A stretch of DNA of 64,000 nt, taken from positions 6,016,001 to 6,080,000 of the forward strand of contig CP068257.2 in assembly GCA_009914755.4 (NCBI GenBank), in the 5' to 3' direction. The position numbers were made by a program, and so were the translations under genes. This DNA comes from the human T2T-CHM13v2.0 reference genome, Homo sapiens. Below, piece by piece: positions 1-13,841 of the stretch; within the stretch, counting starts at the first letter, position 1, and each line of letters starts with the position of its first letter. A model generated the notes under the pieces. The model was not told the origin of the DNA. It saw only the letters and a list, made by a program, of their open reading frames with translations, and searched no databases.

Positions 1-100
1 ATTCCATTCCTCTCCATTCCACTCCACTCCACTTCACTCCACTCCACTCCAGTCCACTCCATTCCAATCCATTCCATTCCACTGCATTCCATTCCATTCC

Positions 101-190
101 TTTCTTTCGAGTGTATCTCACTCCGTCACCCAGCCTGGAGAGCAGTGGCACAATCTCAGCTGACATTTCATTTCACCATTCCATTCCATT
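101..190 (-). repeat. Alu 3'-end fragment (type A landmark), minus orientation, embedded in HSat3
   Basis: gagtgtatctcactccgtcacccagcctggagagcagtggcacaatctcagctgac is the reverse complement of the Alu terminal region GAGACGGAGTCTCGCTCTGTCGCCCAGGCTGGAGTGCAGTGGCGCGATCTCGGCTCAC. A tttctttc remnant of the poly-T lies on the left. Confidence 0.8.
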
Positions 191-565
191 CCGTTCCATT
201 CAGTTCCATTCTGCTCTACTCTACTCCACTCCATTGCAATCCATTCACTTCACTCCACTCCATTCCATTCCACTCCACTCCTTTCCCTTCCATCCCATTC
301 CATTGCACTCCTTTCCTCTCCAATCCACTCTACTCCACTCCATTCCATTCCATTGCACTCCATTAGATTGCATTCCTTTCGTTTGACAGGATTTCACTCT
401 GTCACCCAGGCAGGAGTGCAGTGGCACAATCTCACCCCATTTTTCATTTCACCATTCCATTCCTTTCCATTCCACTGCACTCCACTCCAATCCACTGAAT
501 TCCACTCCACTCCACTCCAACCTATTCCATTCCGTGCAATTCCAATCCCTTCCATTCCTCTCCTT

Positions 566-650
566 TCTTTTGACAAGATCTCCCTCTCTCACACAGGGTG
601 TAGCGCAGTGGCACAATCTCAGCACACATTTCTTTTCACGATTCCATTCC
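566..650 (-). repeat. Alu 3'-end fragment (type B landmark) in HSat3
   Basis: ttttgacaagatctccctctctcacacagggtgtagcgcagtggcacaatctcagcacacatttcttttcac. Confidence 0.75.
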
Positions 651-932
651 ACTCCATTTCATTCCTTTCCATTCCGTTTCATTCCATTCCATTCATTTCA
701 ATTGCATTCCATCCCACTCCATTCCATTCCATTCCATTCCACTCCATTCAATTCCATTCCACTCTATTCCATTCCATTCCACTCCACTCCATTCCATTCC
801 ACTCCAATCCATTCCACTCCACTCCTCTCCACTCCACTCCTCTAAACTCCACTCCACTCCATTCCATTCCTTTCCATTCCATTCCATTCCATTCCATTCC
901 ATTCCATTCCATTCCATACCATTCCTTCCCTT

Positions 933-1008
933 TCTTTCCAAAGGATCTCACTCTGTCACAGGGGCTGGAGTGCTGTGGCACAATCTCAGCTCACATTTCT
1001 TTTCACCA
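933..1008 (-). repeat. Alu 3'-end fragment (type C landmark) in HSat3
   Basis: tttccaaaggatctcactctgtcacaggggctggagtgctgtggcacaatctcagctcacatttcttttcacc. Confidence 0.75.
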
Positions 1009-1180
1009 TTCAATTACGTTCCATTCCATCCCATTCCATTCCTCTCTATTTCACTCCACTCCACTCCATTCCACTCCATCCCATTCCAGTCGACTCCATT
1101 GAACTAAACTCCATTCCACTCCACTCAAATCCATTCCATTCCATTCCATAACATTTCACTCCATGGCATTCCATAGCTTC

Positions 1181-1262
1181 CTTTCCACTGTATATCACTT
1201 TGTCACCCAGGCTTGAGTGCAGTGGCACTATCTCAGCTCATATTACATGTCAACTTTCCATT
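1181..1262 (-). repeat. Alu 3'-end fragment (type D landmark) in HSat3
   Basis: ccactgtatatcactttgtcacccaggcttgagtgcagtggcactatctcagctcatattacatgtcaactttccattgc. Confidence 0.75.
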
Positions 1263-1654
1263 GCATTGCATTCTATTCCATTGCATTCAATTGCATTCCA
1301 TTCCTTTCCATTACATCCTTTCCATTCCATTCCTTTCCCTTCCATTCCACTCCGTTCGACTCCACTCCACTCCTCTACATTCCATTACATCTGATTCCAT
1401 TCCACTACATTCCACTCCTCTCCATTCAACTACACTCCACTCCACTCCATTCCACTCCATTCCAATCCATTCCGCTCCATTCCACTGCACTTCCCTCCAC
1501 CCCTCTCCACTCCACTTCATTCCATTCCATTCCATCCCATTCCATTCCCCGCCATTCCACTCCACTCCACTTCTCTCCACTCCACTCCTCTCCAGTTCAC
1601 TCCATTCCACTCCACTCCACTCACTCCACTCCACTGCATTCCATTCCACTCCCT

Positions 1655-3669
1655 TCTTTCGAGAGTATCTCACTCTGTCACCCAGCCCGGAGTGTAGTGG
1701 CACAATCTCAGCACACATTTCATTTCACCATTCCTTTCCATTCTATTCCATTCCATTCCATTCAACTCCACTCCACTCCAATGCATTCCACTCCTCTCCA
1801 TTCCCGTCCATTCCATTCCACTCCTTTCCATTCCACTCCTTTCCACTCCACTTCCCTCCAATCCACTCCATTCCATTCCACTCCATTCTATTCCTTTGTT
1901 TTGATGGGGTCTCACTCTGTCACCCAGGCTGGTGTGCAGTGGCACAATCTCAGCTCATATTTCATTTCACCATTCCACTGCACTCCACTCCACTCCACTC
2001 AATTCCACTCCACTCCACTCCAATCCATTCTTTTCCATTCCATTCCAATCCCTAACATTCCACTCCTTTCTTTTGACAGGATCTTCCTGTGTCACACAGG
2101 CTGTAGCACAGTGGCACAATCTCAGCACACATTTCTTTTCACCATTTGATTCCATTCCATTCCACTCTATTTCTTTCCATTCCAATCCCTTCCACTGCAC
2201 TCCACTCCACTCCACTCCTCTCCATTCCCCTCCACTCCACTCCATTCCACTCCATGCCACTCCATTCCACTCCACTCCACTCCATTCCATTCCACTCTAC
2301 TCCATTCCACTCCACTCCTCTCCATTCCACTCCAATCCATTCCACTCCATTCCACTCCTTGCCACTCCATTCCACTCCACTCCACTCCATTCCATTCCAC
2401 TCTATTCCACTCCACTCCACTCAATGCCACTCCCCTCCACTACACTCCATTCCACTCCACACCTATCCACTCCACTCCACTCCCCTCCACTGCATTATAT
2501 TCTTCTCCACTCCACTCCCCTCCACTACATTATATTCCACTCCATTCCATTCCATTCTTTCTTTCCACAGGATTTCACTCTGTCACAAAACTGGAGTGCA
2601 GTATCACAATTTCAGCTCACATTTCTTTTCACCATTCCATAGTATTCCATTCCATCGCATTCCATTCTACTCTATTTCATTCCACTCCACTCCACTCCAT
2701 TCCGTTCCACTCCACTCCGTTCCATTCCACTCCATCCCATTCCATTGGACTCCACTCCATTCCACCCCATTCCACTCCACTGCATTTCACTCCATTCCAC
2801 TCCATTCCACTCCACTGCACTCCACTCCACCCCACTCCATTCCATTCCACTCCATTCCATTCCATTGCACTCCATTCCATTCCATTCCATTCCACTCCTT
2901 TCCATTCCATTCTACTCCACTCCATTCCGCTCTACTCCACTCAACTCTACTCCTCTCCACTCCACTCCATTCCATTCCATTCCACTCCATTCCATGCCAT
3001 TCCATTCCACTCCACTCCTTTCCATTCCATTCCACTCCACTCCATTCCACTCTACTCCATTCCACTCCACTCCATTCCACTCTACTCCTCTCCACTCCAC
3101 TCCATTCCAGTCCACTCCATTACACTCCACTCCATTCCACTCTATTCCCCTCCACTCCACTCCATTCTATTCCATTCCACTCCATTCCATGCCATTCCAT
3201 TCCACTCCATTCCAGTCCTCTCCATTCCACTCTACTCTATTCCACTGCACTCCACTCCATTCCATTCCATTCTACTCCATTCCATTCCGTTCCTTTATTT
3301 CTACTGGATCTCACTCTATCAACCAGACTGGAGTTCAGTGGCACAATCTTAGATCACATTTCATTTCATCATTCCATTCCATTCCTTTCAATTCTATTCA
3401 GTACAACTCCGTTCCACTCCACTCCACTCCACTTAATTCCATTACATCCGATTCCATTCCACTCCATTCCACTCCTCTCCTCTCCACTGCACTCAACTCC
3501 ATTCCACTCCATCCCATTCCAATCTGCTCCATTCCACTGCAATCCCCTCCACCCCACTCATCTCCATTTCATTCCATTCCATTCCATCCCATTCCAGTCC
3601 ACTCCACTTCACCCCACTCCATTCCACTGCAGTCCACTCCATTCCATTCCACTGCATTAAATTATATTC
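1655..3669 (+). repeat. HSat3 higher-order repeat copy 2 (variant: D landmark absent, extra x-like fragment at about 3,290)
   Basis: Landmarks A 1655, x 1895, B 2065, C 2560, x-like 3290. The x-to-B spacing of about 170 bp is conserved. Confidence 0.6.
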
Positions 3670-5699
3670 CATTCTTTTGAAAGAATCTCACTCTGCCACC
3701 CAGCCTGGAGCACAGTGACACAATCTCGGGTCACATTTCATTTCACGATTCCATTCCATTCCATTCCATTCCACTTCACTCCACTCTTCTCCACTCCACT
3801 CCAATCCACTCCACTCTACTCCACTCCATTCCAGTCCACTCCACTACACTCCATTCCATCCCATGCCATTCCACTCCTTTCAACTGCACTCCACTCCACT
3901 CCATTCCAGTCCACTCCACTACACTCCATTCCATTCCACGCCATTCCACTCCTTTCCACTCCACTCCACTCCACTCCACTCCACTCCATTCCATTCCATT
4001 CCACTCCTTTCTTTTGACAGAATCTCACTCTGTCACCCAGGCTGGTGTGCAGTGGCACAGTTTCATCTCACATTTCACTTCAGCATTCCATTCCATTCCA
4101 TTCTATTCCACTGCACTCCACTGCACTCCACTCCACTCAATTAGACTCCACTCCAGTCCAATTCATTCCATTCCAATCCCTTCAATTCTAAGCCTTTCTT
4201 TCGACAGGATCTCCCTCTGTCACACTGGCTGTAGTGCATTGGCACAGTCTCAGCACACATTTCTTGTCACCATTTCATTCCATTCCGTTCCATTCCATTC
4301 CATTCTATTACACTACATTCCATTCCACTGCATTCCATTCCACTCTACTCCAGTGCACTCTACTCCATTTCATTCCACTACATTCCATTCCACTCTTTTC
4401 CACTCCATTCCAATCTATTCCGTTCCATTCCTCTCCATTCCATTCCACTCCACTCCACTCCATTCCACTCCTCTCCACCCCATTCCTCTCTACTCCACTC
4501 CATTCCACTCCACTCCATTCCATTTCATTCAATTCCACTCCATTCCATTCCCTTCCATTACATTCCATTTGATTGCATTCCACTCCATTCCACTCCATTC
4601 CTCTCCATTCCACTCCACTCTGCTCCGTTCCATACCATTCCATTCCATTCCATTCCTCTCCACCCTATTCCAATCCATTGCATTCCACTCCACTCCACTT
4701 TAATCCACTCCACTCCTCTCCACTCCATTCCATTCCATTTCACTCCATTGCATTCCATTCCTTTCTTTCAACAGGATATCACTGTGTCACCCAGGCTGGA
4801 GTGCAGTGGCACAATCTCTGTTCACATTACATGTCAACTTTCCATTTCACTGCATTCTATTCCATTGCATTCCATTGCTTTCCATTTCATTCCATTCCAG
4901 TCCATTCCATTCCATTCCACTCCACTCCATTCCATTCCATTCCATTCCACGCCACTCCACTCCATTCCATTCCATACCATTCCTTTCCTTTCTTTCCAAA
5001 GGATCTCACTCTGTCACAGAGGCTGCAGTGCAGTGGCACAATCTTAGTTCACATTTCTTTTCATCATTCCTTTGCATTCCATTCAATCCCATTCCATTCC
5101 TCTCTATTTCACTCCACTCCACTCCACTGCATTCCATTCCACTCCATCCCATTCCATTCGACAACATTCCACTAAACTCCACTCCACTCCACTCAACTCC
5201 ATTCCATTCCGTTCCATACCATTTCACTCCATTCCATTCCATAGCTTCTTTTCCACAGGATATCACCGTGTCACCCAGGGTGGAGTGCAGTGACACTATC
5301 TCAGCTCACCTTACATGTCAACTTTCCATTGCTTTGCATTCAATTGCATTCCATTCCATTCCATTCCATTCCATTCCATTCCATTCCACTCCGTTCGACT
5401 CCACTCCTCTCCACTCCTCTACATTCCATTACATCTGATTCCATTCCACTCTATTCCACTCGTCTCCACTCCACTGCACTCCACTCCATTCCACTCCATT
5501 CCACTCCATCCCATTCCATTCCACTCCATTCGACTGCACTCCACTCCACCCCACTCTATTCCTCTTCATTCCATTCCATTCCATCTCATTCCATTACTCT
5601 CCATTCCACTCCACTCCACTTCACTCCACTCCACTCCTCTCCAGTCCACTCCATTCCATTCAATTCCATTCCATTACACTGCATTCCATTCCATTCCTT
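3670..5699 (+). repeat. HSat3 higher-order repeat copy 3 (variant: extra D-type fragment at about 4,760 between B and C)
   Basis: Landmarks A 3670, x 4010, B 4195, D 4760, C 4990, D 5255. Confidence 0.6.
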
Positions 5700-7329
5700 T
5701 CTTTCGAGAGTATCTCACTCTGTCACCCAGCCTGGAGCGTGGTGGCACAATCTCAGCTCATATTACATTTCACCATTCCATTCCATTCTCTTCCTTTCTA
5801 TTCCACACCACTCCACTCCAGTACGTTCCCCTCCACTCCACTCCATTCCAGTCCATTCCAGTCCTTTCCATTCCATCCCATTCCATTCCACTCCTTTCCA
5901 CTCCACTCCCCTCCACTCCACTCCAATCCATTCCATTCCACTCCATTCCATTCCATTGCTTTCTTTTGACAGGACCTCACTCTATCAACCAGGCTGATAT
6001 GCAGTGGCACAATCTCAGCTCACATTTCATTTCACCATTCTACTCCATTCCATTCCATTCTATTCCACTGCACTCCACTCCAGTCAATTCCATTCCACTC
6101 TACTCCAATCAATTCCATTCCATTCCATTCCAATCCCTTCTACTCCACTCATTTCTTTCAACAGGATCTCCCTGTGTCACACATTTCTTTTCACCATTTC
6201 ATTCCATTCCACTCCAGTCCACTCCACTCCATTCCAATCCATGTCAATCCATTCCACTCCACTCCATTCCATTCCACTCTACTTCACTCCAGTCCACTCG
6301 TCTCCATTCCACTCCACTCCACTCCACTGAATTCCACTCCATGCCACTCCATTCCACTCCACTGCATTCCACTGCATGACACTCCATTCCACTCCACTCC
6401 ACTCCATTCCATTCCACTCCACTCCACTCCATTCCATTCCACTCTACTCCACTCCATTCCACTCCACTCAATTCCATTTCACTCCACTCCACTCCATTCC
6501 TCTCCACTCCACTCCACTCCTCTCCACTCCTCTCCACTGCATTCCATTCCACTCCATTCCTCTCCACTCCACTCCTCTCCACTCCACTCCACTGCATTCC
6601 ATTCCACTCCATTCCATTCCATTAATTTCTTTCCACAGGAACTCACTATGTCACAAAGGCTGGAGTGCAGTGGCACAGTCTCAGCTGACATTTCTTTTCA
6701 CCATTCCATTGCATTCCATTCCATCCTATTCCATTCCACTCTATTTCACTCCACCCCACTCCACTCCATTCCTTTCCACTCCTTCCCTTTCCATTCCGCT
6801 CCACTCCACTCCATTCCACTCCGTTGCATTCCATTCATTTCTTTCAACAGGATATCACTGTGTCACCCTGGCTGGAGTGAAGTGGCACAATCTCAGCTCA
6901 CGTTACATGTCATCTTTCCATTGCGTTGCATTCTATTCCATTGCATTCCATTGCATTCCATTGCATTCCATTCCATTCCAGTCCTTTCCATTCTATTCCA
7001 TTCCATTAAATTCCATTCCATTCCATTCTGTTCCACTCCACTCCCCTGCACTGCACTACATTCCATTACACCCGATCCCATTCCACTCCATTCCAGCCCT
7101 CTCCACTCCACTGCACTCCACTCCACTCTATTCCAATCCATCCCATTCCATTCCGCTCCATACCACTGCACTCCACTCCACCCCACTCCACTCCTCTTCA
7201 TTCCATTCCATTCCATCTTTTTCCATTCCTTTCGATTGCACTGTACTCCACTTCACTCCACTCCACTCTGCTCCACTCCACTCCACTCCACTCCAAACCA
7301 TGCCATTCCATTCCACTGCATTCAATTCC
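5700..7329 (+). repeat. HSat3 higher-order repeat copy 4 (about 1.63 kb; A 5700, x 5960, B 6150 partial, C 6625, D 6840)
   Basis: Same A-x-B-C-D order and similar spacings as copy 1. Confidence 0.65.
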
Positions 7330-7838
7330 ATTCCTTTCTTTCGAGAGTATCTCACTCTGTCACCCAGCCTGGAGCACAGTGGCAGAATCTCAGCTCACAT
7401 TTCATTTCACCATTCCATTGCATTCTACTCCATTAAATTCCAATGCACTCCACTCCACTCCAATCCATTCCACTCCACTCCACCCCAGTCCAGTCCACTC
7501 CAGTCCTTTTCTTTCCTTCCCATTCCATTCCACTCCTTTCTACTCCACTCCATTCCACTTCTTTCAATTCCATTACATTCCATTCCACTCCATTCCACTC
7601 CATTCCACTCCATTCCATTCCAGTACTTTCTTTTGACTGTATCTCACTCTGTCACCCAGGCTAGTGTGCAGTGGCACAATCTCAGCCCATAATTTCACCA
7701 TTCCATTCCATTCCATTCCACTGCACTCCACTCCACTCCACTCAATTCCACTTCACTCCACTCCTATCCATTCCATTCCATTCCAATCCCTTCCATTCCA
7801 CTCCTTTATTTCAACAGGGTCTCCATCTGTCACACATG
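7330..7838 (+). repeat. HSat3 higher-order repeat copy 5, truncated (A 7330, x 7625, B 7800 interrupted by beta-satellite)
   Basis: The B-type Alu fragment tttcaacagggtctccatctgtcacaca runs directly into tgatcacccaggtgat… (beta-satellite) at about 7,838. Confidence 0.65.
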
Positions 7839-10800
7839 ATCACCCAGGTGATAGGACTTTTGTCTAGGCTCTGCCTACGGTGGCATTGTGACATATCTCT
7901 TCACTGATCACCCAGGTGATGTAACTCTTGTGTTGGATCTGCCTAGGGGGAATCATGACATATTTCTGCACTGATCACCCAGGTGTTGGGACTCTTGTCT
8001 AGGCTCTGTATATGGGGGATTTGTGACATATCCCTGCACTGATCACCCAGGTGATGTAACGCTTGACTAGGCTGTGAATTCTGGGGCATAGTGACATCAC
8101 TACATTGATCACTGAGATGACGTAACTCTTGTCCAGGCTCTAGCTATAGAAGGCCCAGTGACATATCTCTGCACTGATCATCTACTTGATGTAACTCTTG
8201 GTTACACATTGCCTGCAGAGGCATTGTGAAATATCTCTTTACTGATCAACCAGGTGATCTAAGTCTTGTCTAGGCTCTGCCTACAGGGGGTTTTGTGGCA
8301 TAACCCTGCACTGATCACCCAGGTGATGGGACTCTTCTCTAGGCTCTGCCTATTGGGGGCATTGTCACATATTTCTGCACTGATCACCCAGGTGATGGAC
8401 TCTTGTCTTGGATCTGCCCATGGGGGCATTGTGACATATCTCTGCACTGATCACCCAGGTGATGTAACTCTAGTCTAAGCTCTGCCTAAAGTGGCATTGT
8501 GACAGATCTCTGTACTGATCACTCAGCTGATGTAACTATTGTCTAGGCTCTGCTTAAAGGGGCCTTGTCACATATGTCTACACTGATCACCCAGGTGATG
8601 TAACTGTTGTCTAGGTTCTGCTTACAGAGGATATTGTAACATATCTCTGCACTGATAACGTAAGTGATGTAATACTTGTGTAGGCTCTGCCTACAGGGGC
8701 ATTTTGACATATCTCTGCACTGTTAACCGAGGTGATGTAATTCTTCTCTAGGCTGTGCCCACAGGGGCGTTGAGACATATCTCTGCACTGATCCCAAGGT
8801 GATCCAACTGTTGTCTGGGCTCTGCCTACTGGGGGCATTGTGACATATCTCTGCACTGATCTCCCACGTGATGTAACTTTTATCTAAGCTCGGGCTACAT
8901 GGCATTGTGACATATTACTGCACTGATCACCCAGGTGATATAACCCTTGTCTAGGCTCTGCCTACAGGGGGCTTGTGACACATCTCTGCACTGATCACCC
9001 AGGTGATGTATCTCTTGTCTAGGATCCGCCTACAGGTTGCTTTGTGACATATCCCTGCAATGATCACCCAGGTGATGTACCACTTGTCAAAGCTCTGACT
9101 ACAAGGGGTTTGCTATGTATCTCTGCACTGATAATATAGGTCATGTATCTCTTGTCTAGGCTCTACCTACAGTGGCATTGTGATATATCTCTGCACTGAT
9201 CACCCAGGTGATGGAATCCTTGTCTAGGCTCTGCCAAAATGGGGCATTGTGATATAACTCTGCACTGATCACCCAGGTGATGCGACTCTTGTCTAGGCTC
9301 TGCCTACAGGAGCATTGTGACATATCTCTGCATTGATCACGCAGGTGATGTAACTCTTGTCTATATCTGCCTACTGGTGGCATTGTGGCATATTTCTGCA
9401 CTGATCACCCAGGTGATGGACTCTTGTCTTGGATCTGCCTATGGGGGCATAATGACATATCTCAGCACTGATCACTCATATGATGTAACGCTTGTCTAAG
9501 CTGCGCCAAAAGGGGAATTGTGAAAGATATCTCCACTGATCACCCAGGTGATGTAACAATTTTCTGGTATTTGTCTACAGGGTGCTTTGTGACATATCTT
9601 TGCACTGATCACCCAAGAGATGTAACACTTGTCTAGGCTCGGCCTACAGGGGCTTTGTGACATATGTCTGTACTGATCACCCAGGTGAAGTAACTCTTGT
9701 CTAGGCTCCACCTACAGGGGGTATTGTGACGTATCTCTGCACTGATCACCCAGGTGATGTAACATTTATCTAGGCTCTTCCTACAGGGGCGTTTTGACAT
9801 AGCTCTGCACAGCTCACCTAGGTTATATAACTCTTGTCCACTCTCTGCCTACAGGGGCATTGTGAAACATCTCTGCACTGATCACCCAGGTGATGCGACT
9901 CTTCTCTATACTCTGCCTAGAAGGGGTTTGTGACATACCTCTGCACTGATAACCCAGGTGATGGAAGTCTTGTCTAGGCTCTGTCTATGGGGGCATTGTG
10001 TCAAATATCTGCACTGTTCACCCAGGTGATGTACCTCTTTTCTAGGCTCTGTCTACAGGGATTTTTGTGACATATCACTGCACTGATCACCTAGGCGATA
10101 TAAGCTTTGTATGGGCTTTGCCTACAGAAGGCTTTGTGACATATCTATGCACTGATCTCTGAGGTGACGCAACTCTTGTCTAGGCACTGCCTACAGGGTA
10201 CATTGGTACATAACTCTGCACTGAGCACCCAGGTGATGGACTCTTGTCTGAGATCTGCCTACAGGGACATTGTGATACATCTCTGAACTGATCAACCAAG
10301 TGATGAAACTCATGTCTAGGCTCTGCCTACAGGGGCTTTGTGACACATCTCTACACTGATCACCCTGGGGAAGGAACTCTTGTCTATGCTCTGCCTACAG
10401 GGGACATTGTGGCATATGTCTGCACTGATAACCCAGGTGATGCAACTCTTCTCAATGCTCTGCCTACATTTGGCATTGTGACATATCTCTGCACTGATCA
10501 CCCATTTGATGTAACTCTTTTCTAGTCTCTGCCTACAGAGGGCGTTGTGACATCACTCTGCACGGATCACACGGGTTATTTAACTCTTGTCTAGGCTCTG
10601 CCTACGTGGGCATTGTGACTTATCTCTGCACTGATCACCCAAGAGATGTGTCACTTGTCTAAGCTCTGTGTAGAGGGACATTGGGACATATCTCTGCCCT
10701 GATCGCTGAGGTGATGTAAAATTTGTCTAGGCTTGCCTACAGTGGGATTTATGACGTATCTCTGCACTGATCACCCAGGTGATGTAACTCTTGTCTAGGC

Positions 10801-11689
10801 TCTGCTTACAGGGAGTATTGTGAGATATCTCTGCACTGATCACACAGGTGATGAAACTCTCGTCTAGGCTCTGCCTACAGGGGCTTTGTGACACATCTCT
10901 GCACTGATCACCCTAGGGAGTGAACTCTTGTCTACGCTCTGCCTACAGGAATCTTTATGACTTATACCTGCACTGATAACCTAGGTGATGTAACACTTGT
11001 CTAGGCTCTGCCTACACGGGAATTCTCACATATCTCTGCACTGATCACCCAGGTGATGTAACTCCTGTCTAGTTTCAACCAACGGGAGCGTTTTGACATA
11101 TCTCTGCCCTGATGACCCAGGTGATGTAACCCTTGTCTAAGCTCTGCCTACAGGGGCATTGTATCAGATCTCTCCAATGCTCACCCAGGTGATGTAACAA
11201 TTGTCTGAGCTTTGCCTACAGGGGGCTTTGTGATATACATTTCCACTGATCAAACAGGTGATGTAACCCTTGTCAAGGTTCTGCTTACAGGGGATTTGTG
11301 ACATAGCTCTGCACTGATCACCCCAGGGAGGAAACACTTGTCTGCACTCTTCCTAAAGGAGGATTTACGACTTATCCCTGCACTGATCACTAGGTGATGT
11401 AACACTTGTCTAGGCTCTGTCTACATGGGAATTTTCACATATCTCTACACTAATCCCCTAAGTGATGTAACCCTTGTCTAGGTTCAGCCTACTGGGGATT
11501 TCTGACATACCTATGCACTGATCACTGAGGTGATGTAAATCATTTCCAGGCTTTTTGTACAGGGGACCTTGTGATATATCTCTGCACTGATCACCCAAAT
11601 GATGCAAATCGTCTCTAAGCTCTGCAGGGAGGGGGCATTGTGACATACTTCTGAACCAATCATCCAGGAGATGTAAGTATACTCCAGGC
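7839..11689 (+). repeat. Beta-satellite (68-bp Sau3A family) array, block 1, about 3.85 kb
   Basis: Tandem monomers of roughly 68 bp, about ctgcactgatcacccaggtgatgtaactcttgtctaggctctgcctacagggggcattgtgacatatct, each with a GATC site. The last roughly 800 bp is the conserved tail block also seen before the other D4Z4-like units. Confidence 0.95.
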
Positions 11690-12401
11690 TTTGACTTAAG
11701 AGCATCGCAAGGTGTTGGGAGAGCCTCAGCCGGAATTTCACAGACAGACAAGGACAAAGAGAGGCCAGCGGGCTCCCTTGCACATCAGCCAGGGTGCGCA
11801 ATGAGCGCAGGTTTAGCCAGGAGGCTGGCAAAGAGAGCTAGAAGTCTGCGTTCTGCCGCCAGGCGCTCCAAGGTGGTAGCTGGGAGGCTGCAGGGGCACG
11901 GGCGGGCCGACGACGGTGGCTCAGAGGCGCAGAGGAGGTGAGCCGCCGGAGGCGTGTCAGGCCTGGACGCTGCGTGGGCCCAGTGTTTCACGGGACGGGG
12001 GTCTCCACCCTGCCCAGGGGAGGACGCATTTTCCGTGGATGGGGGGTGGGGGTGTGGGGTGTTGGTCAGGCGGGGTTGGGGTGGTGGAAAGGCATGAGAT
12101 CTCTGCCTGGGCTGCTCCCAAAGCCCAGGCGGCTACCCCACAACACGCACTTGCACAGTAGGCGGCCCACCTGCTGGTACCTGGGCTGGCTCTGGGATCC
12201 CCGGGATGCCCAGGAAAGAATGGCTGTTCTCCACTGTGTGGAGCCTCTTACTGGGCCTAGACCTAGAAGGCAGGAATCCCAGGCCGGTCAGCCCGGTTGT
12301 GGGGGCGGGGGAAGACACAACCCTCCATAACCAGCCAGGTGTTCCCTGGGAAAGAGAGGCCACCGCCCTGCCCCGACCCGACCCCGCCCCAACCCCGCGT
12401 C

Positions 12402-13841
<1,440 letters not shown>

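Larger units (their letters stand above)
101..1654 (+). repeat. HSat3 higher-order repeat copy 1 (about 1.55 kb; Alu-fragment landmarks A-x-B-C-D at about 101, 381, 566, 933 and 1181)
   Basis: Five distinguishable Alu 3'-end fragment variants in fixed order. A: tttcgagagtatctcac…; B: …tccctctgtcacacagg.tgtagcgcagtggcacaatctcagcacacatttcttttcac; C: tttccaaaggatctcactctgtcacagg…; D: …ttacatgtcaactttccattgc. The same order recurs downstream. Confidence 0.7.
1..7838 (+). repeat. Human satellite III (HSat3), (CATTC)n / (GAATG)n pentamer array with embedded Alu-derived fragments
   Basis: Near-continuous attcc/actcc pentamers from base 1, about 40% GC. Interrupted about every 200-500 bp by roughly 75-bp blocks matching the reverse complement of the Alu 3' end (…tctcactctgtcacccaggctggagtgcagtggcacaatctcagctcac…). 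Ends at 7,838 where beta-satellite begins. Confidence 0.95.

Noticed and set aside
111-7692. Dozens of ORF-track entries of 60-500 aa across the HSat3 region (for example 2146..3660 + 504 aa; MEWNGMEWSG… and …HSIPFHSTPLH… proteins)
   Set aside because: These are translations of (CATTC)n/(GAATG)n pentamer repeats, which have no stops in several frames by construction. They are low-complexity, not coding.
101-7838. Full-length Alu elements or Alu-mediated recent insertions in HSat3
   Set aside because: Only the terminal roughly 65-75 bp of Alu is present in each block, with no left monomer, A-box/B-box or target-site duplications. They are fossil fragments amplified with the satellite higher-order repeat.
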